A DNA stretch of 64,000 nt from Leucoraja ocellata (taxonomy: Eukaryota), in the NCBI GenBank assembly GCA_036785375.1, contig JAWMAR010000722.1, positions 558,001 through 622,000 of the forward strand, in the 5' to 3' direction. The notes below the pieces were generated by a model. The model did not search any database and had not been told where the DNA came from. It saw only the letters and a list, made by a program, of their open reading frames with translations. This document shows, in pieces, positions 35,616 to 49,758 of this stretch (position 1 is the first letter of the stretch; the number at the start of each line of letters is the position of its first letter). Position numbers and translations under genes: made by a program.

Positions 35616-38258
35616 TGTGCGTTTCCAGACTCGGTGGGCCCAAGGTCCTGTACCCACGCAGTATCTCTGAAGTCCAAAGTGACTTTTGTCTATTGGTGAT
35701 AAACAACAATGGCTCAACATTTGGATGGAGCATCGCATCTCAAAAGTAAACCCTTGTTATTACAGACCTCTTTGTAATGAATTTTGGTTATAGGGGACGG
35801 ACCTACCGAAGCTGCCGAGGCTACCAGTGGTACAACACGGCTTGCTCAGCCGCCTCCAGTCCACGCCGCCAGTATTACTGTATTGAGAATAGACACAAAA
35901 TGCTGGAGTAACTCTGACTATACAGCATCTCTGACTATGGTGCTTTGTAGCCTCGGGTAGGTAAGGCTTTGTTTCAATGTTTCAGCTGCAAAAAGGCACC
36001 TCTGCCAGTGAAGTTATCACTCAGCATTTTATTGTTGGGTCTTTACACATGGAATGCCGTATCTATTACACTCGATTATAGTGGACAATCGACAATAATG
36101 GACTTCCCATCCCCACTCCTATTTAGTTTAATTTAGTTTGGAGATGCAGTTGCCCACCGAGTCCACGCCGAACCGGCGATCGCTGCACATTGACACGATC
36201 CTACACACACTAGGAACAATTGACATTGATACCAAGCCAATTAACCCACAAACCCATTATCCTAAGGATAAAGGGGAGGCCATTTAAAACTGAGATGAGA
36301 AAAAACTTTTTCACCCTGTGAGTTGTGAATTTGTGGAATTCTCTGCCATAGAGGCCAATTCACTGGATACATTTAAAAGAGAGTTAGATAGAGCTCTAGG
36401 GGCTAGCGGAATCAAGGGATATGGTGAGAAGGCCGGCACGGGTTACTGATTGTGCATGATCAACCATGATCACAATGAATGGCGGTGCTGGCTCGAAGGG
36501 CCAAATGGCCTACTCCTGCACCTATTTTCTATGTTTCTATGCACGTCTTTGGAACGTGGGAAGAAACCGAAGATCGTGGAGAAAATCCACGGGAGTCACG
36601 GGGAGAACGTACAAACTCAGTACAGACAGCACCCGTGGTCGGGATCGAACTTGGGTCTCTGGCGCTGCAAGCGCTGTAGGGCAGCAACTCTACCGCTGCT
36701 CATGGTCCGTTACAATGAGGTTTTACTGCATTCTTGTTGTGATGCATGTGCGTTTTCCTTATGTCAAATATGGATGCAGAGACACATCAGGAACTGCTGC
36801 AACATGCAAGTGTTCTGTTTAGCTCTCTAAGAATCCTCTGCAAGTGCAGATATTCATCAGTTATTTACGTGCTGTGCTGGAAGATCACCTCCTGCACTGA
36901 AGTAAGCAGCTGAGTTTTCTGCAATGTGATAAACGGAAGGTTAAATTATTTTTACGTGTGTTCGGATCTAATTGCGTCATTCTTTAATGCAGTGCCAATG
37001 TAGTCCAGTGTGTAGATCTTCACATCCTCGCCAGATGGCTGTGCATTCAAATCCCACTCCAGGGATTCAAGAAACATACCTCACATGCTGCTAGATTATC
37101 AGAACCCCTCTCCTTTTTTTTTTTTTTAGTTTAGTTTAGAATTTAGAGATACAGCGTGGAAACAGGCCCTTCGGCCCATCGGGTCCGTGCCGATCAGCGA
37201 TCCCTGCATATTAACACTATCCTACACCCACTAGGGACAATTTTTACATTTACCAAGCCAATTCACCTACATACTTGTACTAAAACCCACGCGGTCACGT
37301 ACAGACTCCGTACAGACAGCACCCGTAGACGGGATCGAACCTGCAAGCTCTACCGCTGCACCACCGTGCTGCCCTTTTTAATGAGACGCTAAACTAAAAC
37401 TCAACTAAACTAAACTCTACGCTGTTGGCTTCTCCTGATAGAAGTATATGAAATCATGAGAGGCACAAACAGGGTAGACTGTCAAAACTTTTTTTTTTCC
37501 CTGGGTGTAAACGTCAAAGAAGATTTAAGGTGAGAGGGGCAAGATTTATAGGCGGTGTGCGGGGCAAGGTTTTGACATTGAGTGGTGGGTGCCTGGAATG
37601 TGCAGCTGGAGGTGGTGGTGGAGGCAGATGCAAAAGTGACATTTAACAGGCATTTGGACAGGCTCCTGGATATGCAGGGGATAGAGGGATAAGCCTCACG
37701 TACAGGCAGAAATTAGTTTAACTTGGTATCATGTTTAGCGCGGGCACTGTGAGCCGAAGGGCCTGTTCTTGTGCTCTTGTTCCATGTACCATGTTCTATG
37801 TCAGAGGAACAGCCTGGTAGTTTTCCTCAATGCCCTGGCCCTTACCCAGCGTCACCGAAAACCCATTTGATAGCCCGGTGGCGCAGCGGTAGAGTGGCTG
37901 CATTACAGCACCAGAGACCTGGGTACGATCCTGACCTCGGGTGCTGCCTGTACGGAGTTTGCACGTTCTCCCCATGACTGCGTGGGTTTCCTCCAGGTGT
38001 TCCAGGTTCCTCCCACACTCCAAAGACGTGCGGGTTTGTAGGTTAATTGGCTTCTTTCATGTTCATCTTCTAGCCCTGCACAAGTACTCGAGTACTTCAA
38101 GGTACAACTGAAGTCTTTATTACATTACTTCAAATTGTCCCTTGTATGTAGGATAGAACTAGTGTATGGGGTGATTATTGGTCGGTGAGGGCTGGTGGGC
38201 TGAAGAGACTGTTTCTACTCTTTATCTCTAAACTAAACTCAAATAAACTATACGAGTA

Positions 38259-39334
38259 CAGGTGCACAACCTTTTATCCGGTGTTCCGGAAACCGAAAAA
38301 CTCCGAAAACCGGCCATTTTTTCCAGATGTCGTCTGCACACCAAAGCTCGCGTTTGGCGCCAAACTTGACCCGAAACGACCAACGGTCAACACAGGTCTG
38401 TACTACTGTAGTGGCTGCCTCCTCCCCGGAGACCGGGAGACGCTTAAACATCTGTAAATCATTGCTTAAATGTTAGTCAGTTAGTTTGGAGGGCTTTTAT
38501 GTGAAGGGGGGGGGGGTGAAGGGGTAAACTTTAATTCTTAGTCCCCTACCTGGTCGGAGAGACGGGGAGCGGTCAATGCCTTACCGGGTCGCCGTGCAGT
38601 AAGCTCCGCAGCGCTGTGGCCGGTGGGGCAGCGGGCGGCGCCGGTTGTAGCTCCGACCCGGCAACTCTACCCCTGGCTGCGAGGCGCTCCAAATCCAGCG
38701 CGGCCCGCGGCCGGACGCCCCAGCTCCGCGAATGTCGGGAGTCGGCGGCGTCGCAGCGCTGGGATACCAGCGGGGAGCGGGCAATGCCTTACCGGGTCGC
38801 CGTGCGGCAAGCTCCGGAGCGCTGTGGCCGCCGACCCAACGTTCGCGGAGCGTCGCTGGATTTGGAGCCGCCTCGCAGCCAGGGGTAGAGTTGCCGGGTC
38901 GGAGCTACAACCGGCGCCGCCCGCTGCCCCACCGGCCACAGCGCTGCGGAGCTTACTGCACGGCGTAAGCAGCCAGGCGTAGAGTTGTCGGGGTCGGAGC
39001 TACAACCGGCGCCGCCCGCGGCCGGACGGAGCCCCCAGCTCCGCGAGGTTGGGAGACGCCGACCAGGTAGGGGACTAAGAATTAAAGTTTCCCCCTTCAC
39101 CCCTACTCCACCACCACCACATAAAATCCCTACTTACTAACTGACTAACATTTATGCAATGATTAACAATGATTCTCCCGGTCTCCGGGGAGGAGGCAGC
39201 TGCTCCAGACTTTTCAAGCCGCCCGCGCTACCTACCTAATCTACGCTAAAAATCTTCCATTCGGAAATCCGAAAATGTCCGAAATCCGACAAGTGTCTGG
39301 TCCCAAGGCTTTCGGATAAAAGGTTGTGCACCTG
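38259..39334. mobile_element. Tc1/mariner-pogo-type non-autonomous fold-back element
   Basis: Perfect TIR CAGGTGCACAACCTTTTATCCG, TA on both flanks, and several nested internal inverted repeats. Confidence 0.9.
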
Positions 39335-41099
39335 TATAGACACAAAAAGCTGGAGTAACTCAGTGGGTTAGGCAGCTGTCTGACCCACTGAGTTACTCCA
39401 GCTTTTTTTGTCTGCCTTCGGTTTAAACCAGCTTCTGCAGTTCCTTCCTCAACAAAATGAGTGGCTGGGGTAAATTCATCACATGTTGATCTTGGCATTA
39501 AGGTAGCAAAGTTTTATACAAGAAGAACAGGTTCTGTATTTAAAACAAAACACAAAGAGCTGGAGGAACTCAGTGGGCCAGGCAGCACCTGGGGAGGGAA
39601 TGGACAGGTAATGCTTTGGCTCAGGATCCTTCTTCAGACTACAGAAGGAGCGGAGTCCAACATGGCGGACACCTCATTATAGGGGACACCAAAGTAACTG
39701 GCAAAACGTTGAGCCTCTGGTAAATGTTCCATGCATGCAACACGGATGTGCGGAAGTCAAATTTCAATGCCTTTACCTTCCAGCTGTTCACACGGACTCT
39801 GAAATGAGCTTTAAGGCGTCTCCTTTTGCATTAATGGTACTGACACCTGAAAGTAGTTCATCCAGTTTGCCTCAATTTTAAATCCTTGATCCAATTTCCC
39901 TTTAGTTTCTAAATATTGAAATATGTTAACTGGAGTAAACGATGGAGTAACTGTTTGACAACACCTTGTATTTCAGGATCACATTCAGTGCAAGGTAAGA
40001 ATATATCTCTTTGTTTTTTTCAAATGCTGTTATCAGTTATGTAAGCACTACTAATGTTACTGGGCAGAGACGGGTGGAGGATTGATAGGGGTGGTGGAAA
40101 ATAAGAGTTGATATAAAAAGCAACTGAAATTCAATAGGCCGTTGAAAGGAATTACGAGCTGGGGGGAAATTGTTGACTGTTCGGTTGTTAGAAGTGCCAG
40201 CAAAGAGTCACGTTAAACTTTTCTCCCGGTGGGTCTTCAATACCGTGGACCCTGATGGGGTTGAGCAGTGGCTCTGCTGTCCTGTCAAATTCAACACTCA
40301 TGGCAGGCATTGTGGGAACGGGAAAATGTAACAAGAGTGGAGTGTGACACTGAAGCATTCAACGAGAGGATCAGTTTGCCTGAGGTAACGCTGGTCTCAA
40401 AATTCAACGGTGTCGTGGCTTCCTCTGAGGTCAAGTGAAGATCTCATAAGGTCATAAGTGATAGGCCATTCGGCCCATCAAGTCTACTCCGCCGTTCGAT
40501 CATGGCTGCTCTAACTCTCCCTACTGAACTCATTCCCCTGCCTTTCCCCCATAATCCCATAATAATTAAAAAAAATATATATATATTTCTATTTTTATTT
40601 TATTTAATTTTTTAATATATAATTTCTATATAATTTATTCGATGATAGACACAAAATGCTGGAGTAACTCAGCGGGACAGGCAGCATCTCTGGAGAGAAG
40701 GAATGGGTGATGTTTCAGGTCAAGACCTTTCTTCAGTCTGAAGTTAGACAAACCTGGAATGTTTTCTCTGGAATTTCAGAGGTCCCAGAGAGTGATAAGC
40801 GCCTGATACACATTGTCATGGTGGAAGTAGCTGCTACAACAGTTGCATTTAAGAGGCATCAAGACAGGCACATGAATATCACTATTTCCTTCAAAATGTA
40901 AATATTTCTAATCCCCCAACCTACCATGTTGGGACCCTAGCACTTTTTTTTTGAACTGCACTCTCTCTATAACTGCAATACTGTATTCTGCACTCTGTTT
41001 CCTTTCACTGTTTGCACTACCTGATGTACTCGTGTGTGGATTGAGTGTAATTATGTATGGTATAGTATGGATAGGATGCAAAATAAAGCATTTTAGTTT

Positions 41100-41218
41100 A
41101 TCAATCAATATCAATATCAATACCAAGGTCAATTAAAAATATCAATATCAACATCAATACTAATACCAATGCCAATACCAATATCAATGTCAATGCCAAT
41201 ACCTTTGCCAATACCAAA
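41100..41218. repeat. Degenerate hexamer microsatellite (atcaat/atacca)n
   Basis: Directly visible. Confidence 0.85.
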
Positions 41219-42233
41219 CAAGGAACCAAATGCCTTTGTAAATCTCATTTGACAGTATTTTCTCCCCCTCTGGTTGTGTGAAAATCTTTCATAATTCCTG
41301 CTGATCTCCTGCTCCTTCTCTTTCCAACGGGAGTTCAGTGAGACCCTAAACCTCTCAGGTTTGCTCAATATTTAGGTAGTTGCCAGCCGGGACCAGTCCC
41401 TCTTTGCATTTCAATAGACAATAGACAATAGACAATAGGTGCAGGAATAGGCCATTTGACCCTTCAAGCCAGCACCGCCATTCAATGTGATCATGGCTGA
41501 TCATCCACAATCAGTACCCCGTTCCTGCCTTCTCCCCATATCCCCTGACTCCGCTATTTTTAAGAGCCCTATCTAGCTCTCTCTTGAAAGCATCCAGAGA
41601 ACCTGCCTACACCAGTCCTCAAGTGCCCAGTCCTCAAGTGCTTCTGTTGCTTCTCCAGTGCTGACATGCTTAACGTTTGACTAAGGATTTCCATGGCTTA
41701 TTCCCAAATGCCTCATCATTCAATTAATGTTAAGAACTGGTTGCTGACGTCATGAGACAAAGCCGTATGCAAGCCTAAATCAGCATCAATGGGACCAAAT
41801 GGAGATGGTCAAGAGCTTCAGGTTCCCAGGTGTAAATAGGGGCGGCATGATGGCGTAGTGTTAGAGCTATTGCTTTACAGCGCCAGAGACCTGGATTTGA
41901 TCCCGACTAGGGGGTGTTTGTCTGTACGGAGTTTGTACGTTCTCCCTGTGACTCATGTGGATTTTCCTCCGAGATCTCAGGTTCCCTCCCACACTCCAAA
42001 GACGTACAGGTTTGTAGTTTAATTGGCTTTGTATAAATGTAAATTGTCCCCAGAGTGTGTAGAATACTGTAAATGTGTGGGGATTGCTGGTCGGTGCGGA
42101 CTCAAAGGGCCCGTTTCTGTGCTGTATCTCTAAATTAAACTAAACTAAACCATCAACAATTTGTTTTGGATCAACCATCTTGAAGCTACGGCCAAGAAAG
42201 CACACCAATGCCTTTACTTTCTCAGAAGGCTAA

Positions 42234-42752
42234 GGGGCCTGTCCCACTGTACGAGGTAATTCAAGAGTTCTCCCGAGTTTCGCCTGATTCGAACTCGGAG
42301 AATCACGGTAATAGCCGCTCGTAGGTACTCGGGGCTCTCGTGGACATTTTTCAACATGTTGAAAAAACTTCACGAGCTTACCGCGTTTCCCGAGTACCTA
42401 CCGTTAGCGTTACGAGCCGTTAAGAGACATCCCGAGCTCTGACGTACCTGCTATACGGTGCTAGGCCCCAACGACAACGGAGACCCGACAGAGGAAAGAT
42501 TTTAAAAGTTTCCCCCACCCCCCGCCCCCCACACACATACCCAGTTTTAAAAAAGCACTTTAAACTACATTCAAACATTCAAGCGTGACAAAAAAAACAC
42601 ACAAAAAAACGACAGACGGACTGCAGAGGCCGCTGCAACGTGAGTCGCGCCGCCCACACAACATAGGTACATTCTATGTACTTACCACAAGTTTGATTTT
42701 TTTTATAAACTCGGACAGCTCTTGGGTAATCTCGTGTAGTGGGACAGGCCCT
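42234..42752. mobile_element. PIF/Harbinger-type MITE with an internal insert
   Basis: TIR GGGCCTGTCCCACT / AGTGGGACAGGCCC; TAA/TTA flanks; splits a Rex1-like AKKAHQCLYFLRRL remnant. Confidence 0.8.
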
Positions 42753-42924
42753 TTAGATAGCCTGGCATGCTTCTAATAACATACCAACTTCTACAGATGC
42801 ATTGTACAAAACATCCTATCGGGATACATCACAGCTTGATTTGGCAACAGCTCTGCCCAAGACTGCAAGGAATTACAGCGACTTACTTTCTATCACACAG
42901 ATCAGACTCCCTACCATTAGAAAC

Positions 42925-43316
42925 TTAACGAAACTTACAAAATTCTTAAGGGGTTGGACAGGTTAGATGCAGGAAGATTGTTCCTGATGTTGGGGAAATC
43001 CATAACAAGGGGTCACAGTTTAAGGATAAGGGGGAAATCTTTTAGGACTGAGATGAGAAAAACATTTTCCACACAGAGAGTGGTGTATCTCTGGAATTCT
43101 CTGCCACAGAAGGTAGTTGAGGCCAGTTCATTGGCTATATTTAAGAGGGAGTTAGATGTGGCCCTTGTGGCTAAAGGTATCAGGGGCTATGGAGAGAAGG
43201 CAGGTGCAGGATACTGAGTTGGATGATCAGCCATGATCATATTGAATGGCGGCGCAGGCTCGAAGGGCCGAATGGCCTACTCCTGCACCTATTTTCTATC
43301 TTTCTATGTTTCTATG
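42925..43316 (+). mobile_element. CR1 LINE 3' fragment
   Basis: LDRLDAGRLF...GYGEKAG; (ttctatgt)n tail. Confidence 0.9.
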
Positions 43317-43934
43317 TTAACTCTATCTACACTTCACGTTGCCTCAGGAAAGTAGCCAACACAATCAAATACCTTTTTCAGTCCAGTCTTTGCTTCTTCT
43401 CTTTGCTCTTGTTGGGCAGAAGAAATGAAGCTTGAAAGCCGACTGCACCAGACTCAGGAACAGCTTCTTCCCCTCTGTTATCAGGTGTCTGAATGATCCT
43501 TCCATAAGGTAGGGTTCAGTCCCGATTCTCCAACCTATCTCATTGTGGACATTGAAGCTTTTTTCTGGTACTGTAACGATACAATGCTGAGAAACTATAT
43601 TCTGCACTCTGGTGTCTTTCTCTTCACTCTACCTTTTAATATTTGCGTTTGCCTTGATTGTATTCACGTATTGGACTACCTTATTTGATTGGATAGCACG
43701 CAAACAAAAGCTTTTCACTGTACCCCAGTACACATGGCAATAATAAACCTAAACTGAGCTAGCTTTATTGTACGCATTAACACCCAATTAGACAGTAATT
43801 TCAGCTACATCAATGGGGTCAAGGAAAGAGTGTTCATGTCGCGGCCCCGTTTCCACCAATCGTTCCGCCACCACGCACAAGAAGCACAAGAAACGCAAGT
43901 CAGACACCGTTGTATGCAAATGCCGAGGAGTGTG

Positions 43935-44370
43935 TTCAGGTTGAACAAGTTAGGGCTTTATTCATTGGAGCGCAGAAGGTTAAGGGGGGACTTGATAGAG
44001 GTCTTTAAAATGATGAGAGGGATAGACAGAGTTGACGTGGATAAGCTTTTCCCATTGAGAGTAGGGAAGATTCAAACCAGGGGACATGACGAGAATTAAG
44101 GGACAGAAGTTTAGGGGTAACATGAGGGGGAACTTCTTTACTCAGAGAGTGGTGGCTGTGTGGAATGAGCTTCCAGTGAAGGTGGTGGAGGCAGGTTTGT
44201 TTTTATAATTTAAAAATAAATTGGATAGTTATATGGACGGGAAAGGTATGGAGGGTTATGGTCTGAATGCAGGTGTATGGGACTAGGGGAGAATACGTGT
44301 TCGGCACGGACTAGAAGGGTCGAGATGGCCTGTTTCCGTGCTGTAATTGTTATATGGTTTATATGGTTAA
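43935..44370 (+). mobile_element. CR1/HER1 LINE 3' fragment (family of 13566-15231)
   Basis: RLNKLGLYSLERRRLRGDLIEVFK..., with the same 3' UTR. Confidence 0.9.
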
Positions 44371-44654
44371 TCGTGTGTGTGGACTCGATAAGAAGTAAGA
44401 AGAATGTATCACAGTCGTAACACATGGTACACTAAGTTCTTAATGATTCTTAATGATTCTATTAAAGTAATATATTTCCTTCTTAAGTGTTTTTAGGATC
44501 CTTTTCTAGGATCAAGGATAACCTGTCTCTTCCCGAGCTCTACAGGATCTATTGTGTGAGTGCATAAACACCTTACAGGCGTAGAGTGAGTGAACTTTTA
44601 ACCCTGAAACTGCAACAGAGCTCATCTCTCCACAACAGGCAACATGCAACTAGA

Positions 44655-47600
44655 GAATGAATGAATGATATCTTTATTTCGAACGATTAAAAAAAAAAGA
44701 AAAGATGAAAATGAATAACNNNNNNNNNNNNNNNNNNNNNNNNNNNNNNNNNNNNNNNNNNNNNNNNNNNNNNNNNNNNNNNNNNNNNNNNNNNNNNNNN
44801 NNNNNNNNNNNNNNNNNNNNNNNNNNNNNNNNNNNNNNNNNNNNNNNNNNNNNNNNNNNNNNNNNNNNNTCAAAAGCCAATTTCAACATAATACACATTA
44901 GACTCGTTGGAAAAGGGATAGGAAGCCTATGCTTGTCAAGTCCTACCCCCATTCTTCACCATTAACAAATCCAATATTCAATAAAATAAAATAAACAGAC
45001 AATGCAAATAAAACGACTCCAATCAAGCTATTAAGAAAAAAAGAACAAACAAAGAAAAGACCAAAAAAAACAAGCACCATTAACATCTGTGACATTTACA
45101 TTCTCCTTCCTCATTGCTGTACTTTTCAAAGATATATCTTTTGTACATTTTTTTAAATTGCATTATATTCATGCTTTGTTTAATCGTTTCGTCAAGACCA
45201 TTCCACAAAACCACCCCACAAATGGAAATACACATACTTTTTAAATTGGTCCGAGCATAATGCTGTTTCAAGTTTAGTTTCCCTCTAAAGTTATAACCCC
45301 CCTCTCTGTCTTTGAACAGTTTTTGTATGTTTACAGCTAGCAGTTTATTTTTTGCTTTATAAATTATTTGTGCAGTCTTAAATTCTACCAGATCCTTAAT
45401 CTTTAAGGTGTGTAATTTTAAATACAGTATATTGGTGTGTTCATGATATCCTACATTGTTTACTATACGAATAGCTCTTTTTTGTAGTGTGCTTAGTGAT
45501 TGTAAGGTGGTTTTATAGGTGTTGCCCCATACTTCCACACTAATTTAAATACGGTAACACAAGTGAGCTGTACAGAATATACAGTGCTCTCTCATTCAAA
45601 ACATGCCTTGCTTTCCCCATAACTCCAATACTCCGTGCTACTTTTGCTCTCACATGTTTTATATGGGGTTTCCAGCAGATTTTGTGATCAAGAATCACAC
45701 CCAGAAATTTATTTTCATACACTCTTTCTATTTCAACATTATTTATCATTACTTTTACTTGTATATTTATTTTGCGTTTTCCAAACAGCATAAGTTTGTT
45801 TTTTAAATTTAATGATAATTTATTCAAATCAAACCATGTTTTTAGTTTACTAATTTCTGCTGTGACCACCAAAAACTGCTGCAAATTGTCCCCATCACAG
45901 AAAATAATAGTGTCATCTGCAAATAACACAGATTTCAAGAGGTTTGACACCCTACATATATCATTAATATACAAAATAAATAATTTGGGGCCCAAAACCG
46001 ACCCCCTGTGGGACTCCACAAGTTATTTCTAAGCATATTGATTTGCAGTCCCCTATTTGCCCAAACTGATGTCTTTTACTTATGTAGCTTCTCATCCACT
46101 CTAGTACAACCCCTCTGATTCCATACTTTTCCAGTTTTTTGATTAGCAAATGATGATCAATTGTATTGAATGCTTTTTTCAAATCTGTAAATACACCCAC
46201 TGCATATTGCTTGTTATCTATAGAACTGGTAATGTCTTCAATTAACTCCATTAATGCCATGGATGTCGATCTGTTTGACCTGAATCCATATTGACTATCA
46301 ACTAGCAATTCGTGCTTCTCGATAAAGTTATCTAATCTACTTACATACAGTTTTTCTAATATTTTTGAGAACTGAGAGAGTAACGACACCGGCCTGTAAT
46401 TTGTAAATTGATTTCTGTCTCCAGCTTTGTATAGTGGGATGACTTTGGCAGTTTTCATTTTACATGGAAATACACCAGTTTTGAAAGATAAATTGCAAAT
46501 ATAAGTTAAGGGTTTTACAATTTCACCAATGACTACCTTGATTAAAGCCATATCAATGTCATTCCAGTCTGTAGACCTTTTATTCTTACAATTACTAACA
46601 ATGTCAATAATCTCCTTTTCATCAGCTGCTTTCAAAAACATTGAGTTTGGGTTGCTGTCTAACAAATCCACAACCTTCTTCTTCTGACTGTGGATTATCG
46701 ATTTCTTCTGCCAGTTTTGGTCCCACACTTACAAAAAATTTGTTAAACCCATTAACCACATCATTCATATCGCTTACAGTTGTATCATTGTCTTTAAAAT
46801 ACTGAGAGTAGTTTATATTCATTGATCCTTTCCTGATAATATTATTTAACACATTCCATATGCCCTTGATATTATTTTTATTATCGTTTAATATTTTATT
46901 ATAATAATCTTTCCTACATATCCTCATAATACTAGTCAATTTGTTTTTGTATCTTTTGTATTTACTTTCTGCTTCTATAGTTCTGAATTTTATGAATTAT
47001 TTATACAAGATATTCTTTTTTTTGCATGCATTTTGTAGTCCTTTTGTCATCCATGGCCTATCTATATATTTTTGCTTCTTGTTGTGTTGTTTCAAAGGAC
47101 AGTGTTCATCATATAATGATTTAAATATTATCAGGAATGTTTCATACGCTTTGTTGGTATCAGTCCCTTTAAACACTTGTTTCCAATTTTGGGTCAGTAA
47201 TACATTTCTAAATTTATTTATAGATTCTTCTGTTCTTACTCTCCTGTATCTAATCTTATTAACATCCTTACACTTAACATAATCACAAACAAACATTACA
47301 AAAACCTGCAGATGGTCACTGATGTCATTTAGTAGTAACCCACTCTTTATGCTGTTGTCCATACTGTTTGTAAATACGTTGTCTATTAGAGTTGCACAGT
47401 GAGATGTTATTCTACTTGGTTTGGTGATAAGTGGAAAAAAACTCATACTGAACAATACATCAATAAATTCATCAGTCTGTTTGTGCTTGTTGGGATTTAA
47501 GAGATCTAAATTAAAATCCCCACAAATGAACACAAGTCTGTGATCTTTCTTGGCAAACAATCTTTCCATATTATTCTTGAATATTTCAATATTGGAACCA

Positions 47601-47741
47601 GGTGCTCTGTATACACAACTTACAATTACATTTTTCTTTTTTTCCAGGTAGATTTCTACAGTAATAATCTCCACCACATCATCAATATTAGTTGTCATAT
47701 TTTCCACTATTTTATAATTTAATCTTTTATCTACATACAGA
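44655..47741 (-). mobile_element. L2/Crack-like LINE, APE endonuclease + RT, 5'-truncated with a few frameshifts
   Basis: VYRAPG, ICGDFN, TLIDN, ISDH; [49 protein letters not shown]; AATAAA + (cattcatt) tail at 44655-44677. Possible TSD caactagaga. Spans gap 44720-44870. Confidence 0.9.
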
Positions 47742-48720
47742 ATGATCCCAACAACTAGAGAGCGACCATGAGCTACTATCTACTTCACTGGAGACCCTCG
47801 AACTTTACTAGACTTTATCTTGCATTAAACATTTTTTCATTTATCGTGTATCTGTACACTGTGGATGGCTCGATTGTTTGCACGCAACAAAAAGCTTTTC
47901 ACTGTACCTCAGTACATGTGACAATAAACTAAACTAAACTTAAATATGTAGCACTTCACTTTTAACTGTTCATTCTTTAAACTTTAAACTGTAGCCGTTA
48001 CTTTCTTCTGTTTAATGGAACGGAACCATTTACTAATATTTTCATAAATAGCTGATCTTGCATGGCACACATATACTAACAAGTTACAAATGCTTTTAAG
48101 CCAAACTACGTAGTAAAAAACATACAGGAACTCAGTGGGTCGAGTGGTATCTGTGAAGGTAAACGGATAGACACCGTTTTGAGTAGAGGACCTGCACAAA
48201 GACTATGTGTAGTACCTTGTACCTTCTGAAGAGTCTACTAGAGACAATATTATACTGGACAATGTTTACATTTATCAAGTCAATAAATCAATTAATGAAG
48301 CCAATTAACCTACAAACCTGTACGTATTTGGAATGTGGGAGGAAATCGAAGATCTACGGAGAAAACCCACGCCAGCCACGGGGAGCACGTACAAACTCCG
48401 TACAGACAGCGCCCGTGGTCGGGATCGAACCCGGGTCTCCAGTGCTGCATTTTGCTGTAAGGCAGCAACTCTACCACTGCGCCAGTGTGACTTCACTTCC
48501 ATCTGCTAATTCCCTAATAGAAGCTGATCAGTTTAGTTTAGTTTTGTTCAGCTTATTGTCACGTGTACCAAGGCACAGTGAAAAGCTTTTTTGGTGAATG
48601 CTGTCCAGTCAGCGAGCAGACTATACATGATCACAATCATGCAGTCCACAGTGTACAGATACAGGATAAAGGGAATAACAGTCCAACAGTGCAAGATCAA
48701 CTCCAGTAAAGTCCGATTAA

Positions 48721-49758
48721 GTGGGGTACCGCAAGGCTCAGTTCTGGGACCCCAGCTATTTACGAAATATATTAATGATTTGGACGAGGGAATTGAATGC
48801 AACATCTCCAAGTTTGCGGATGACACGAAGCTGGGGGGCAGTGTTAGCTGTGAGGAGGATGCTAGGAGGCGGCAAGGTGACTTGGATAGGCTGGGTCAGT
48901 GGGCAAATGCATGGCAGATGCAGTATATTTGTGGATAAATGTGAGGTTATCCACTTTGGTGTCAAAAACAGGAAAGTAGATTATTATCTGAATGGTGGCC
49001 GATTAGGAAAGGGGGAGATGCAACGAGACCTGGGTGTCATGGTACACCAGTCATTAAAAGTAGGCATGCAGGTGCAGCAGGCAGTGAAGAAGGCGAATGG
49101 TATGTTAGCATTCATAGCAAAAGGATTTGAGTATAGGAGCAGGGAGGTTCTACTGCAGTTGTACAGGGTCTTGGTGAGACCACACCTGGAGTATTGCGTA
49201 CAGTTTTGGTCTCCTAATTTGAGGAAAGACATTCTTGCCATAGAGGGAGTACAGAGAAGGTTCACCAGACTGATTCCTGGGATGTCAGGACTTTCATATG
49301 AAGAAAGACTGGATAAACATGGTTTTTACTCGCTAGAATTTAGAAGATTGAGGGGGGATCTTATAGAAACTTACAAAATTCTTAAGGGGTTGGACAGGCT
49401 AGATGCAGGAAGATTGTTCCCGATGTTGGGGAAGTCCAGAACAAGGGGTCATAGTTTAAGGATAAGGGGGAAATCTTTTAGGACCGAGATGAGGAAAACT
49501 TGTTTCACACAGAGAGTGGTGAATCTCTGGAATTCTCTGCCGCAGAAGGTAGTTGAGGCCAGTTCATTGGCTATATTTAAGAGGGAGTTAGATGTGGCCC
49601 TTGTGGCTAAAGGGATCAGGGGGTATGGAGAGAAGGCAGGAACAGGATACTGAGTTGGATGATCAGCCATGATCATATTGAATGGTGGTGCAGGCTCGAA
49701 GGGCCGAATGGCCTACTCCTGCACTTATTTTCTATGTTTCTATGCTTCTATGTTTCTA
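48721..49758 (+). mobile_element. CR1 LINE RT and 3' UTR fragment
   Basis: [31 protein letters not shown]; (ttctatgt)n tail. Confidence 0.95.

Noticed and set aside
38581-39100. Overlapping GC-rich ORFs with the same N-terminus on both strands
   Set aside because: Artefact of the internal palindrome of the fold-back element.
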